A stretch of DNA of 64,000 nucleotides from Candidatus Pacearchaeota archaeon (GCA_041659265.1 JBAZYP010000009.1:12201-76200); one strand, 5' to 3'; positions 56,463 through 64,000 are shown, counted from the stretch's first letter. Numbers and translations: made by a program. Notes: generated from the letters alone by a model not told the origin.

Positions 56463-57716
56463 ATGATAATTGAAAATAGAATTAGAAAAGATAAAAAGAA
56501 ATGTAAATTTTTTTTTAAATCTAAATATATAAATATTATATTTATAATATTAGTCATACTTACAAATAATATTTTAATTACAGCAACTATAATCGGAATA
56601 AGTCCGGCTTCTGTAGGTATGACAAAAGTATTACGTGGAGGATATGCAGAAAGAAATATTGTTGTTTCTACAGATAGTGTTGAACCAATTTTAATCAAAT
56701 TAACTCAAAGAGGAGATACTAATGGTTGGATAAATTATTCAGATGATAATTTTAGCATATCTAAAGATTCTCCTTATGTACTTAAGATGATTATTCTTCC
56801 TCCCCTGGATCAGAGTAATGGAAATTATTCTGGTTTTTTGACTTTTTCTTCAAGCCCATTTGGAAAGGGAAGAGAAGGCCAGGCAGTAGGAGTAATACGA
56901 TCTACATTAGATTTGGCTCTTGATTTTGAAATAATTGATACAGAAATTATGGATTGCTCTGCTAAAAATTTTATAGTCGAATCTGCAGAAAAAGGAGATG
57001 ATATTATCTTTAATCTTGTAGTAATAAATAATGGAAATATTCGATTTAAACCTAATTTGAATATAAAAATATGGGATATAGATCAGATTGAAATAAAAAA
57101 AGAAGAAAATATTTTAGGTCAAGAAATATTACCTACGACTGCTGATAATTATAGCGCAAGGGTTAAATCTGATGAGCTTGAAGTTGGTCAATATTTTGCT
57201 GAAATATCTATAGATGAGTGTTACTCTTCACAGCTTTTAACATTTGATATATTAACTCCTGGTGCATTAAAGGCTGATGGGTCTTTACTTGGAATAATAC
57301 TTTCAAGACAAGGTTATGTTGGAGAGAGGGTTCCTATACGAGTTAGTTTTAAAAATACTGGACAAAAAGATGTTTCAGCACAATTTGATGGAAAAATCGT
57401 TCTTGATGGCAAGACTATCCAAAAATTAGATAGTCAAAAAATAGGAGTATCAATTTCACAGACAAAAGATTTTAATTTTGAATTTCAACCTGAAAAACCT
57501 GGAAAATATATAATTAGCGGAAAAGTTTATTATAGTGGTAAGAAGACTTTTGAATCTAGTGCTAGTATAGATATAATTGATAAAACTTCCAAGAAATCTA
57601 ATTTATTCATTTATCTAATTTATTTAGCATTAATATTTTTTATTGTAGTTTTATTTTATAAGATAAATAAAGAAAGAAGAATCTATAATCATAATTTAAA
57701 GAGGTTAAGAAGATGA
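56463..57716 (+). CDS. membrane protein made of the two-domain juxtamembrane module plus C-terminal TM
   Basis: GNYSGFLTFSS, a CARDB-like second domain (..AEKGDDIIFNLVVINNGN.., ..LEVGQYFAEISI..), a third Ig-like unit, TM LFIYLIYLALIFFIVVLFY and a short basic tail. ATGA overlap with the next gene. Confidence 0.6.
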   Translation: MIIENRIRKDKKKCKFFFKSKYINIIFIILVILTNNILITATIIGISPASVGMTKVLRGGYAERNIVVSTDSVEPILIKLTQRGDTNGWINYSDDNFSISKDSPYVLKMIILPPLDQSNGNYSGFLTFSSSPFGKGREGQAVGVIRSTLDLALDFEIIDTEIMDCSAKNFIVESAEKGDDIIFNLVVINNGNIRFKPNLNIKIWDIDQIEIKKEENILGQEILPTTADNYSARVKSDELEVGQYFAEISIDECYSSQLLTFDILTPGALKADGSLLGIILSRQGYVGERVPIRVSFKNTGQKDVSAQFDGKIVLDGKTIQKLDSQKIGVSISQTKDFNFEFQPEKPGKYIISGKVYYSGKKTFESSASIDIIDKTSKKSNLFIYLIYLALIFFIVVLFYKINKERRIYNHNLKRLRR

Positions 57717-59932
57717 AAAAATTAATTTTAATTTTGTTATTAGTATTTTTAACAATAAATTTTGTTTTTTCACAATCACAAACCGTTGTTCTTGATTATA
57801 ACTATAATAATATCACTAGATTTGAAAAATCAATCAATTATCCTGATTTTCTTTTGAAAGTTATAACTGAAAATAATTCTATATGTAAATATAGTGTTAA
57901 TCGCGACATTAATTATATTGATATGGAAGGAAGTTTTGAAACTAATACCGAGAAGATTCATGAAAAAAGTTTTGTATCCTTGTCAGAAGGAGTTACAAGG
58001 TATTTCATAAAATGTATATTTTTATATAATAACTCTTTTGAACCTTCTCAAAATGAATTATTATTAAGGGTCAATTCTTATGTAACAGGAAAAATAACTT
58101 TATCTAGGGAGTCTCCATTAAAATCTGGTCAAGTAGAAGTTAGTTTAACTACCTCTAAAATAATTTCACAAACTCCTATTTTAAGTTATTCATTTGATGG
58201 AATTACTTATAATGATCTTCCTTTGGTTGGATCTCAAAAGAATTGGAAAGGTTATTTAATGATTCCAAAAAATGCTGGAGAAACATTATTATCTTTTAAA
58301 TTCAGTGCAAGTGATCTTGAAGGAAGGCAAGGTCAAGAGATTACTTCTGGCAAGGTTTTTGTTATTGATACTATTAAACCTAAGATGGTTTCATATATTG
58401 ATGCTGAAAGTGAAGAAGGAAGAATAAAGTTAGAATGGTATTATGATGAAGATTTTAAGGAATTTAGAATTTTTAGGTCAAATTCTCCGAATTCTGATTA
58501 TACTAATTTTTATAAGATAATTGACGGTACTTCTTTTTATGACACTCTTGTAGATAAGGGAAAAACTTATTATTACAGGGTTTCGCCTGTTGACGAGGCT
58601 GGAAATGAGGGAGAATTATCTAAAGAAGTATTAGCAACTGCACTACTTCCAAATAATTTACAAACAAATCTTAATGGGGCTATTGGATTAAATCCTGAAT
58701 TATTAGGATTTGTAGATAATTTTATTGTTGAAATAGATTCAGTAATTTCTGATTTAGAGAGTATTAAAGAAAATGTTTTAACTAAACCAGAAAAAGATAA
58801 GTCTTTATTTAATGAATTGCAATTGGATAAAGATCTTGAAACTTCCAAGTTGGAATTATCTAATTTAAGAAAAGATATTGAAAGATTTAAATCTCAAGAT
58901 CTTAAATTAGATGAACTTAATAAGAAAATAGATTCGTCTAGGCTAAAATTAAATGTTATAAAAAGAAAGATTCCTGAAAGTTTTGCTGTTATAAATGAAA
59001 ATGAAGAAGAGAATACATTTGATGAAAAAGAAACTAATGAAATTTTACTTGAATTATATCCTACTTTTTCACAAAAGGAAATCGAAAGGAGTTTAAAAGC
59101 TACAAAAGATATTATTAAAGAATCAGGATATCAGGTAAAAAGTTATTATTATATTCTTAATATTATTTATCTTGATGGAACTAAAAAAGAGATTTCTTTA
59201 ATTAAAAGAGATATAACTTCCCAATTGACTAGAAAGGATAATTATACTTTTATTGAATATATTCCAAAGGATGTAGCTGAAAGCACTTCTGAAATTCAGA
59301 TAAAAACTCTTGGATACGGGATTGTAAAAGAGGATCCAATAATATCTTTTGGAACAGATACAAAACAAATAATTTATATTATAAATAAAAAATCCAATTT
59401 AGATCTTATTAAGAATACTAAATTTTATTTAATAAATATTCCAATAAACTCTGAGGAATCAAATTTAGGTTTTGATATAACTGGATATTTTTTATTAGAT
59501 TATGATAAAAAAAGCTACTTTGGAATAGTTATTGCAACATTATTCTTGTCTTCTTTAATAATTTACTTTTTTTATTTAAAATATAAGGGAAAGAATAATA
59601 ATCTTGATGAAGTATATAAAAAATTAGACTTATTGGATTATCTTCTTGAATTAAAGGATGAATATAAAGCTGAAATTTCCTATAGGGATATTAATAATGA
59701 TTATATAAAATTAAGTTCAAAAGAGAAAGAAAAGTTATATCCAAAAATAGAGAAATTGAGGGAAAGAATCTTAATTTTAAAATTAAAAAAAGGGATAATT
59801 GAATTAAATAAAAATAAAGATTTTGAAAAATTCAAAAACTTAGAAAAAATATTTAATAGTTTAAGCATTGAATCAAGAAAAGAAATTTCTCCTTATTTTT
59901 ATAAATTAAAAAAGAACTTTGAAAATATATGA
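57713..59932 (+). CDS. surface protein with FN3 domain, coiled-coil ectodomain, TM and helical cytoplasmic tail
   Basis: Signal ..LTINFVFSQS. FN3 unit ..RIKLEWYYDEDFKEFRIFRS..GKTYYYRVSPVDEAGNEG... Then DITGYFLL + TM FGIVIATLFLSSLIIYFFY and a tail with ..LSSKEKEKLYPKIEKL... Confidence 0.65.
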   Translation: MKKLILILLLVFLTINFVFSQSQTVVLDYNYNNITRFEKSINYPDFLLKVITENNSICKYSVNRDINYIDMEGSFETNTEKIHEKSFVSLSEGVTRYFIKCIFLYNNSFEPSQNELLLRVNSYVTGKITLSRESPLKSGQVEVSLTTSKIISQTPILSYSFDGITYNDLPLVGSQKNWKGYLMIPKNAGETLLSFKFSASDLEGRQGQEITSGKVFVIDTIKPKMVSYIDAESEEGRIKLEWYYDEDFKEFRIFRSNSPNSDYTNFYKIIDGTSFYDTLVDKGKTYYYRVSPVDEAGNEGELSKEVLATALLPNNLQTNLNGAIGLNPELLGFVDNFIVEIDSVISDLESIKENVLTKPEKDKSLFNELQLDKDLETSKLELSNLRKDIERFKSQDLKLDELNKKIDSSRLKLNVIKRKIPESFAVINENEEENTFDEKETNEILLELYPTFSQKEIERSLKATKDIIKESGYQVKSYYYILNIIYLDGTKKEISLIKRDITSQLTRKDNYTFIEYIPKDVAESTSEIQIKTLGYGIVKEDPIISFGTDTKQIIYIINKKSNLDLIKNTKFYLINIPINSEESNLGFDITGYFLLDYDKKSYFGIVIATLFLSSLIIYFFYLKYKGKNNNLDEVYKKLDLLDYLLELKDEYKAEISYRDINNDYIKLSSKEKEKLYPKIEKLRERILILKLKKGIIELNKNKDFEKFKNLEKIFNSLSIESRKEISPYFYKLKKNFENI

Positions 59933-60246
59933 TGAAATTAATAATATTTTCCTTTTTATTAGTATTTTTTTTAGGATTAATTAGTGTTTCATCCTCTGAT
60001 ATTATTAAAATGAATTTAAATGAGGGTAAAAATAATCTGCATATAACCTCTGAAAAAGAATTTTTTGTTAAAGATTTAATTTTATTAAATCCGGATATAG
60101 AAGTTATTTCTTATATTAATGGAAATAGGACAATAGGATATATTAATATTTTTGGAGGGATAGGAGAGAATTTTTTAATAAGGAATGATATAAATTATGA
60201 GATTATCAGTAAAAGTGATGCTGAAATTATTTTTCCTTTAAATTAA
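59929..60246 (+). CDS. small secreted protein
   Basis: 105 aa, signal ..FFLGLISVSSSD. ATGA overlap upstream, and 1-nt spacing to the next gene. Confidence 0.45.
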   Translation: MMKLIIFSFLLVFFLGLISVSSSDIIKMNLNEGKNNLHITSEKEFFVKDLILLNPDIEVISYINGNRTIGYINIFGGIGENFLIRNDINYEIISKSDAEIIFPLN

Positions 60247-60247
60247 G

Positions 60248-61513
60248 ATGAAAAAAAAATATTTTTTTCAAAAATTTAAAAATAATGAAATTAAAAGAAA
60301 TATTTTAATTAATAAATATTTTATTTCATTTATATTTAATATTTTTTTAATTTATTTTTTTATAACTTCTATAAGTGCGGCTCATTATATTGTTGGTTAT
60401 GTTAATAATTCAAGGGGAGGAATACAAGCAGATAATCATACTATTCTAATATGGAATCCCCTAGTTGGATTAGAGGATAATTTGACTGAAATTATTGGAA
60501 TTTCTGGAAGTTCTGGAGTTAGAAATGTTTATATGATTGATTGTGAAATGCTAAATAATTCTTGCAAGGTAGGAGATATAATTAATATTCAAGTCATAGA
60601 TAATGGCGATGGGTATTTTAGTAATCAAACTTATGTTAATATAACTGGTGCTGGATTTGATAGTGCACAAAATCTTTTTTTAATAACTCAAATGAATATT
60701 AGTTCAATAATTGTAGATGATTTTTTATCTAGTCCTTCTAATGAAATTGATTTACTTGCTGCAACAAATCAAACAGTAAATTGTGAGGCAATTATTGTTG
60801 GTTTAGATGGGGCCTCATTATTCAATATAAGTTCACAATTTTTTAATGATAATTTATCTTTTTATGGGGATAGCAATGATAATAATATCCATTATACCAA
60901 TAATAGTTGTTTTATTAATCAAAGTTATAATGGCAGTCATACAAAAAAGATTATTTGTTCATTTCCAGTTCAATATTATTCAAATAGTGGAAATTGGAGT
61001 TGCAGGATAAATATTATGAATAATTATTCAATTGAAACAAATAATTCAGATAACACTTTTATAAATACTTTGCTAGCTATAGGAGTAGATTCGCCTGTTG
61101 ATTATGGAGAATTTAATATTGGCAGTGTAACTGATGAAAAACAAATCGATATAATTAATTATGGCAATCAAGTCGCTAATTTAAGTTTAAAAGGATATGG
61201 CCAAATTGAAGGGGATGGATTTTCTATGATCTGCAATGGAAGTGGCAGCAATAATCTAAGCGTTTATCATGAAAAATATAACCTAACACAATCTAATTTT
61301 GGAGAAATTACTTTAAATCAAATGGAAAATATATACAAAAACTTAACAAGCGAAAGTGTAATTAATAGTTTTAATATTAAAATTAGAGAAAATGATTTGT
61401 TTAATGATGCAATAAATTCTTCTTATTGGAGAATGTATGTGCCCATTGGTGCTTTTAGTGGATCTTGTCAAGGAAATTTAATATTTGGAGCAGTAATTGC
61501 TCCAGGAGAATAA
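60248..61513 (+). CDS. secreted protein with HYIVGYV N-domain
   Basis: ..ITSISAAHYIVGYVNNS..ILIWNPLVGLEDNLTEIIGISGSSG..YMIDCEMLNNSCKVGDII..GAGFD.. is paralogous to the N-domain of 44582-46465. Confidence 0.6.
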   Translation: MKKKYFFQKFKNNEIKRNILINKYFISFIFNIFLIYFFITSISAAHYIVGYVNNSRGGIQADNHTILIWNPLVGLEDNLTEIIGISGSSGVRNVYMIDCEMLNNSCKVGDIINIQVIDNGDGYFSNQTYVNITGAGFDSAQNLFLITQMNISSIIVDDFLSSPSNEIDLLAATNQTVNCEAIIVGLDGASLFNISSQFFNDNLSFYGDSNDNNIHYTNNSCFINQSYNGSHTKKIICSFPVQYYSNSGNWSCRINIMNNYSIETNNSDNTFINTLLAIGVDSPVDYGEFNIGSVTDEKQIDIINYGNQVANLSLKGYGQIEGDGFSMICNGSGSNNLSVYHEKYNLTQSNFGEITLNQMENIYKNLTSESVINSFNIKIRENDLFNDAINSSYWRMYVPIGAFSGSCQGNLIFGAVIAPGE

Positions 61514-62598
61514 TGTTAGAAATAATTTATTTAATCAATAGCATTGTAACCTTAATTATATTTTTTATTTTATTAAAGGGCTATTTTATAGATAAAGCTA
61601 AAAAACATATACAAAGAGTTGTAAATGTCCTTTTTGGAATTTCATTAATTTATTTTATATTATTTTTGTATTCAAGTTTATGGTATTTTGAGATATTAGA
61701 ATATTCTTTAGAAGATTTTTTATTAATAAATACTTTGATGAACGTAATTCAAACATTACTTTTATTCAGGATAGTTTATTTATTAAATCAAAATAAAAAT
61801 CTCTTTTATTTATTATTTTTTTATGTTATTGGACTTTTATCAGTATTTTCTTCAATAATTAACTTTTATAATATTTTTTTAATAATTTCTTATCTATTAA
61901 CTTTAGCATTATTATTAGTATTAGGGGCCTCAATAGGAATTGTAAAAAAATCTTCAAATTATGGGATTGCATATTCTTGCATTTCTTTAATTTTATTATT
62001 ATTTTCTATGTATTTTCCAAATCTAATTTTTTTATTTTCAATATTTTCAAATATTTTGTTTTTATTATTTATTTATAATTTTATAAAAATTTTGGATAAA
62101 TGTCCTGTTGTTTATCATGACTCAAGGTATAAGAAGAAACATTATATATTTATTTTTTTAAGATATTTGACCTTTGTTATAACAATAACTAATTTGGTAT
62201 TTATAGGAACTCTAGCTGTTCATGAGTTTGGACATTTTTCAGTAGCTAAATTATATGGTTGTGAATATAGCAAGATAATCTATGAATCAGATATGCCTTA
62301 TACTGAAACTTTTTGCAAAATGGATTCAAAAAATAATCTATTATTTGGGGGGATATTTCTGCCATTTTTAATTGGATTTATATTATTTATAGTAGGGGGA
62401 TTAGTTATAAGGGATATATCTCTATTAATAATTGGATTTAATCTCATTGTTTCAACTAAAGATTTTATTGAATTGGGTCTAACTGAAAATATCATATTAA
62501 TCTCCATAATTGCAGGCGTTTTATTTTTAATAACCGGGATAGTAATGTTAGCTAAATCAAGAACAGAGGATTATATGCATATAGTCTTTGATTTATGA
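61513..62598 (+). CDS. polytopic membrane protein with M50 (site-2 protease)-like HExxH
   Basis: Start set to ATG 61513 (TAATG overlap with the previous stop). ~8 hydrophobic helices, with ..LAVHEFGHFSVAKLYGC.. inside a helix, as in M50/SpoIVFB-type proteases. Confidence 0.5.
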   Translation: MLEIIYLINSIVTLIIFFILLKGYFIDKAKKHIQRVVNVLFGISLIYFILFLYSSLWYFEILEYSLEDFLLINTLMNVIQTLLLFRIVYLLNQNKNLFYLLFFYVIGLLSVFSSIINFYNIFLIISYLLTLALLLVLGASIGIVKKSSNYGIAYSCISLILLLFSMYFPNLIFLFSIFSNILFLLFIYNFIKILDKCPVVYHDSRYKKKHYIFIFLRYLTFVITITNLVFIGTLAVHEFGHFSVAKLYGCEYSKIIYESDMPYTETFCKMDSKNNLLFGGIFLPFLIGFILFIVGGLVIRDISLLIIGFNLIVSTKDFIELGLTENIILISIIAGVLFLITGIVMLAKSRTEDYMHIVFDL

Positions 62599-62707
62599 AA
62601 AAAATAATGATTTTGAGGTATGTATTTTATTCAATATATATCTATTTAAATGGAGAATTTTCAAGATATTTATGAAAAAAGAATGGTAATATAAAAGGGT
62701 GTATAAA

Positions 62708-64000
62708 ATGAATAAAAAGAGCATGGCTAGAGCAGGTTTAATCTTAATAGTAATTCTCTTATTTTTCTTAATAATTTTTGTAATACCCAAAGTTAGTCCT
62801 GCCGCAATACAAGTAAAAGAGATTTATATTTTAGGTGAAAAATTTGAGCTTGATTTAACAAATAAGCCTTGGGCGAAAATAAAAGTATATACTCCTTCAA
62901 AACAGGTTTTAAATTCTCTTTCAAATCAGAAGAGATTTATATTCAGGCCTTGGGAAACAGGGGAATATAAGGTAGAAGTTGTTTATAATGGAAAAAAAGA
63001 AAATTATAATTTTAAGGTTGTAAGTAATTTAACAGAAAATGTTTCAGAAACTCTTTTTATAATTGATCCAACAAAAATTATTGATCTTAATGTTGAAAGT
63101 ACAAATTCCAGTTTTTTAAAAATAGGTAGGCCTATTGTTTTAATGGATGAAGCAAAGGTGATAACCGGAGTTGAAAAGAAAATAGAAATTCCAGAAAGCA
63201 GTAATATTTCTGTATATCATATGATAGGAAATGAGAAAAAAGTTTTTTTAGATTTTGAATTAAAGAATAATAATGATGGAACAAATTCTGTAATTATTGA
63301 TGGTATTGCTGGTAATTTTCAAGTAGAATATTCTTTAGCTGCTCCTGAAAAAGTTGAAAAAGTGATAAGTGAAGAAAAAAAAGAAGTTACTATCTATACT
63401 CCAAATGGTCTTGGATATCAAAATGTTACAGCATTTACATATCTAAAGGAGTTTTCAAAATCAAAAGAAAATCTTCAAATTTATTGGAAAGAAGAAGAGA
63501 GATATCTTGATTTTACTCCTTATGATAAAAATAATAATGGTTTTATTGATTATATAGAATGGATAGTTCCTCACTTATCTAATCAGACTTTTGAAATAAT
63601 TTATATTATAAAAGCTGAACATTTAAATTCTACAAGAGATTTTGTTGAAGAAATCTATCCTTTTGTTAAAGATAGAGATTATTTATTTAAAGAAATATTA
63701 ATAAATCATTATATTAGAGTTACTTTTGAAAAATTACTTGATTCAACTAAAGATATAACAATATATGCAAAAAGCAATAATTCTGGAAGAGTTGAAGTTT
63801 ATAATAAAGATAGCAATACTAAAATAGCAGATTTTGGAATAATAAATGAAGATAATAAATATCGGATTTTATTGAATAATTTAACTTTACCTTCAGATAC
63901 ATTTGATTTAAAGATAATAAATGGAAGTGTATTTTTTGATCAAATAATTGATCCTTCTGTTTCGATTAATGTTCCTGGTTCAATTGTTTATGGTCAAAGT
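62708..64000 (+). CDS. giant surface protein, N-terminal part (runs off the window), absent from ORF track
   Basis: ATG 62708 opens MNKKSMARAGLILIVILLFFLIIFVIPKVSPA... The frame stays open for 431 codons to the window end. It contains ..YDKNNNGFIDYIEWIVPHLSNQTFEI.., paralogous to 32110-35679. Confidence 0.6.
   Translation, partial: MNKKSMARAGLILIVILLFFLIIFVIPKVSPAAIQVKEIYILGEKFELDLTNKPWAKIKVYTPSKQVLNSLSNQKRFIFRPWETGEYKVEVVYNGKKENYNFKVVSNLTENVSETLFIIDPTKIIDLNVESTNSSFLKIGRPIVLMDEAKVITGVEKKIEIPESSNISVYHMIGNEKKVFLDFELKNNNDGTNSVIIDGIAGNFQVEYSLAAPEKVEKVISEEKKEVTIYTPNGLGYQNVTAFTYLKEFSKSKENLQIYWKEEERYLDFTPYDKNNNGFIDYIEWIVPHLSNQTFEIIYIIKAEHLNSTRDFVEEIYPFVKDRDYLFKEILINHYIRVTFEKLLDSTKDITIYAKSNNSGRVEVYNKDSNTKIADFGIINEDNKYRILLNNLTLPSDTFDLKIINGSVFFDQIIDPSVSINVPGSIVYGQS

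Noticed and set aside
2873-62790. Track ORFs lying antisense to, or nested within, stronger genes: 2873-3148(-), 5631-5825(-), 8903-9103(-), 11955-12200(-), 17499-17792(+), 23149-23358(-), 25993-26229(+), 26230-26823(+), 29321-29518(+), 30271-30468(-), 33417-33608(-), 34445-34663(+), 36823-37053(-), 37690-37932(-), 38282-38470(-), 52750-52977(-), 53926-54150(-), 54513-54695(-), 56420-56698(-), 58573-58848(-), 62298-62507(-), 62593-62790(-)
   Set aside because: Each lies fully or largely inside a longer ORF on the other strand that has recognisable motifs or signal/TM architecture. Their products are low-complexity mirror images (for example the S/F-rich 26230-26823 opposite the K/E-rich FtsY N-terminus). 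No start context or family was recognisable.
32110-64000. Reading the whole right half as an integrated conjugative element, plasmid or provirus because of the FtsK/HerA-type ATPases
   Set aside because: I saw no integrase, relaxase, replication initiator, capsid or portal gene, and no flanking att repeats. Composition and codon style look like the rest of the window. This cannot be fully excluded without searches, so it is kept as a refutation route for the main finding.

Overview
Gene-dense, strongly AT-rich archaeal DNA (roughly 25-30% G+C by eye). It fits a small-genome DPANN-type archaeon best. That placement is inferred from archaeal-specific genes (RadA, aEF-1beta, aIF2-alpha, S27e, S15P, Bud32, Gins51-like, RPA-like, EndoQ-like, RecJ/GAN-like, SRP54/FtsY), very short intergenic spacers and standard stop codons. 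I saw no rRNA, CRISPR array, transposase, integrase, reverse transcriptase or virus hallmark gene. There are two tRNAs (Gln-UUG, Thr-UGU), each followed by a short copy of its own 3' end. The left end carries a pilin-like cassette plus an A24 prepilin peptidase. Housekeeping genes are interleaved with many secreted or membrane-anchored, sequon-rich proteins (8.9-11.3, 13.8-16.4, 22.1-25.4 and 30.1-31.1 kb). The right half (32.1-64 kb) is the most interesting part: two diverged copies of one multi-gene module. Each copy has (i) a membrane-anchored FtsK/HerA-superfamily ATPase whose N-terminus is an extracellular Ig/CARDB-like module, (ii) a separate membrane protein with the same juxtamembrane module, (iii) a giant surface protein with a WIVPHLS / EF-hand-like domain, (iv) a secreted HYI(T/V)GYV-domain protein, (v) secreted WQGYFGN...YYFYLELE-COOH proteins, (vi) small AbrB-, RHH- or wHTH-type DNA-binding genes coupled to the structural genes, and (vii) a polytopic membrane protein (SpoIIM-like or M50-like). 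I could not match this set to any archaeal pilus, secretion or conjugation system I know. I flag it as a candidate novel ATP-driven, envelope-spanning surface apparatus. All calls come from reading the sequence and translated ORFs by eye; no searches were run.
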